Shown here: piece after piece, positions 63,752-64,000 of the stretch
How positions within the stretch are numbered: position 1 is the first letter of the stretch
Layout of the letters: every line of letters begins with the position of its first letter
Assembly (NCBI GenBank): GCA_001662655.1
Contig: KV460262.1
Origin: Pseudogymnoascus verrucosus
Taxonomy: Eukaryota
Strand: one strand, 5' to 3'
Length of the DNA: 64,000 bases
Position numbers and translations under genes: made by a program
Notes under the pieces: generated by a model
What the model saw: the letters and a program-made list of their open reading frames with translations, nothing else
Databases searched by the model: none
What the model was told of the DNA's origin: nothing

Positions 63752-64000
63752 AACAACGGTCTATTAAATCGAAAAATAAAAACCGTTAACGCTAAAACCT
63801 AAAGCCTTGAAATCAAAACCCGAGGACAAAAGACTAAAAGGCCTAAACTGTTAAAAAAATTAACTTGCTCTAATTTTGAGGTAGGGGGCTAACAAAGATG
63901 TTACCATTATGAACCTAGGGTGACAGTTGCGAGTTGCTATTATACTACATCCACAATATACAAGGATGGATGCCTTTAGGCGGGTAGTAAAGCGCGTACA

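Noticed and set aside
63765..63865. A-tract-rich stretch as a transposon terminus or telomere-like repeat
   Set aside because: No inverted-repeat partner, TSD or true TTAGGG array is visible in the window.

Overview
Gene-dense eukaryotic DNA from a filamentous ascomycete, judged from the short GT-AG introns with CTRAC branch points. A Leotiomycete such as Pseudogymnoascus is my impression from protein style, not a verified assignment. About 23 intact, mostly housekeeping genes are present: PAL1, USB1, RLM1/MEF2, VPS38/UVRAG, cactin, a forkhead TF, DUF3807, XLF/NEJ1, a thioredoxin-fold protein, a mitochondrial hypothetical protein, DUF3844, KRE33/NAT10, a GT90, SNU114, ERG10, SmG, NTR2, KAP120, PEX2, a GST, EDEM/MNL1, a ZIP transporter and an ERD2-like receptor. 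Most sit in head-to-head pairs, and five are spliceosome genes. Three things are not visible in the ORF track. (1) A 2.1-kb region (2.9-5.0 kb) holds 3-4 decayed copies of a GIY-YIG nuclease-like gene in both orientations, punctuated by a leader that occurs three times. (2) A Zn-dependent dehydrogenase gene has both a lost start codon and a frameshift. (3) An accessory tail (59-64 kb) holds duplicated 2EXR pseudogenes with their promoters, an NLR-type hydrolase fragment and an F-box relic. I found no rRNA, tRNA, CRISPR array or intact transposase. Exon boundaries and family assignments were made by eye from remembered motifs, without database searches.
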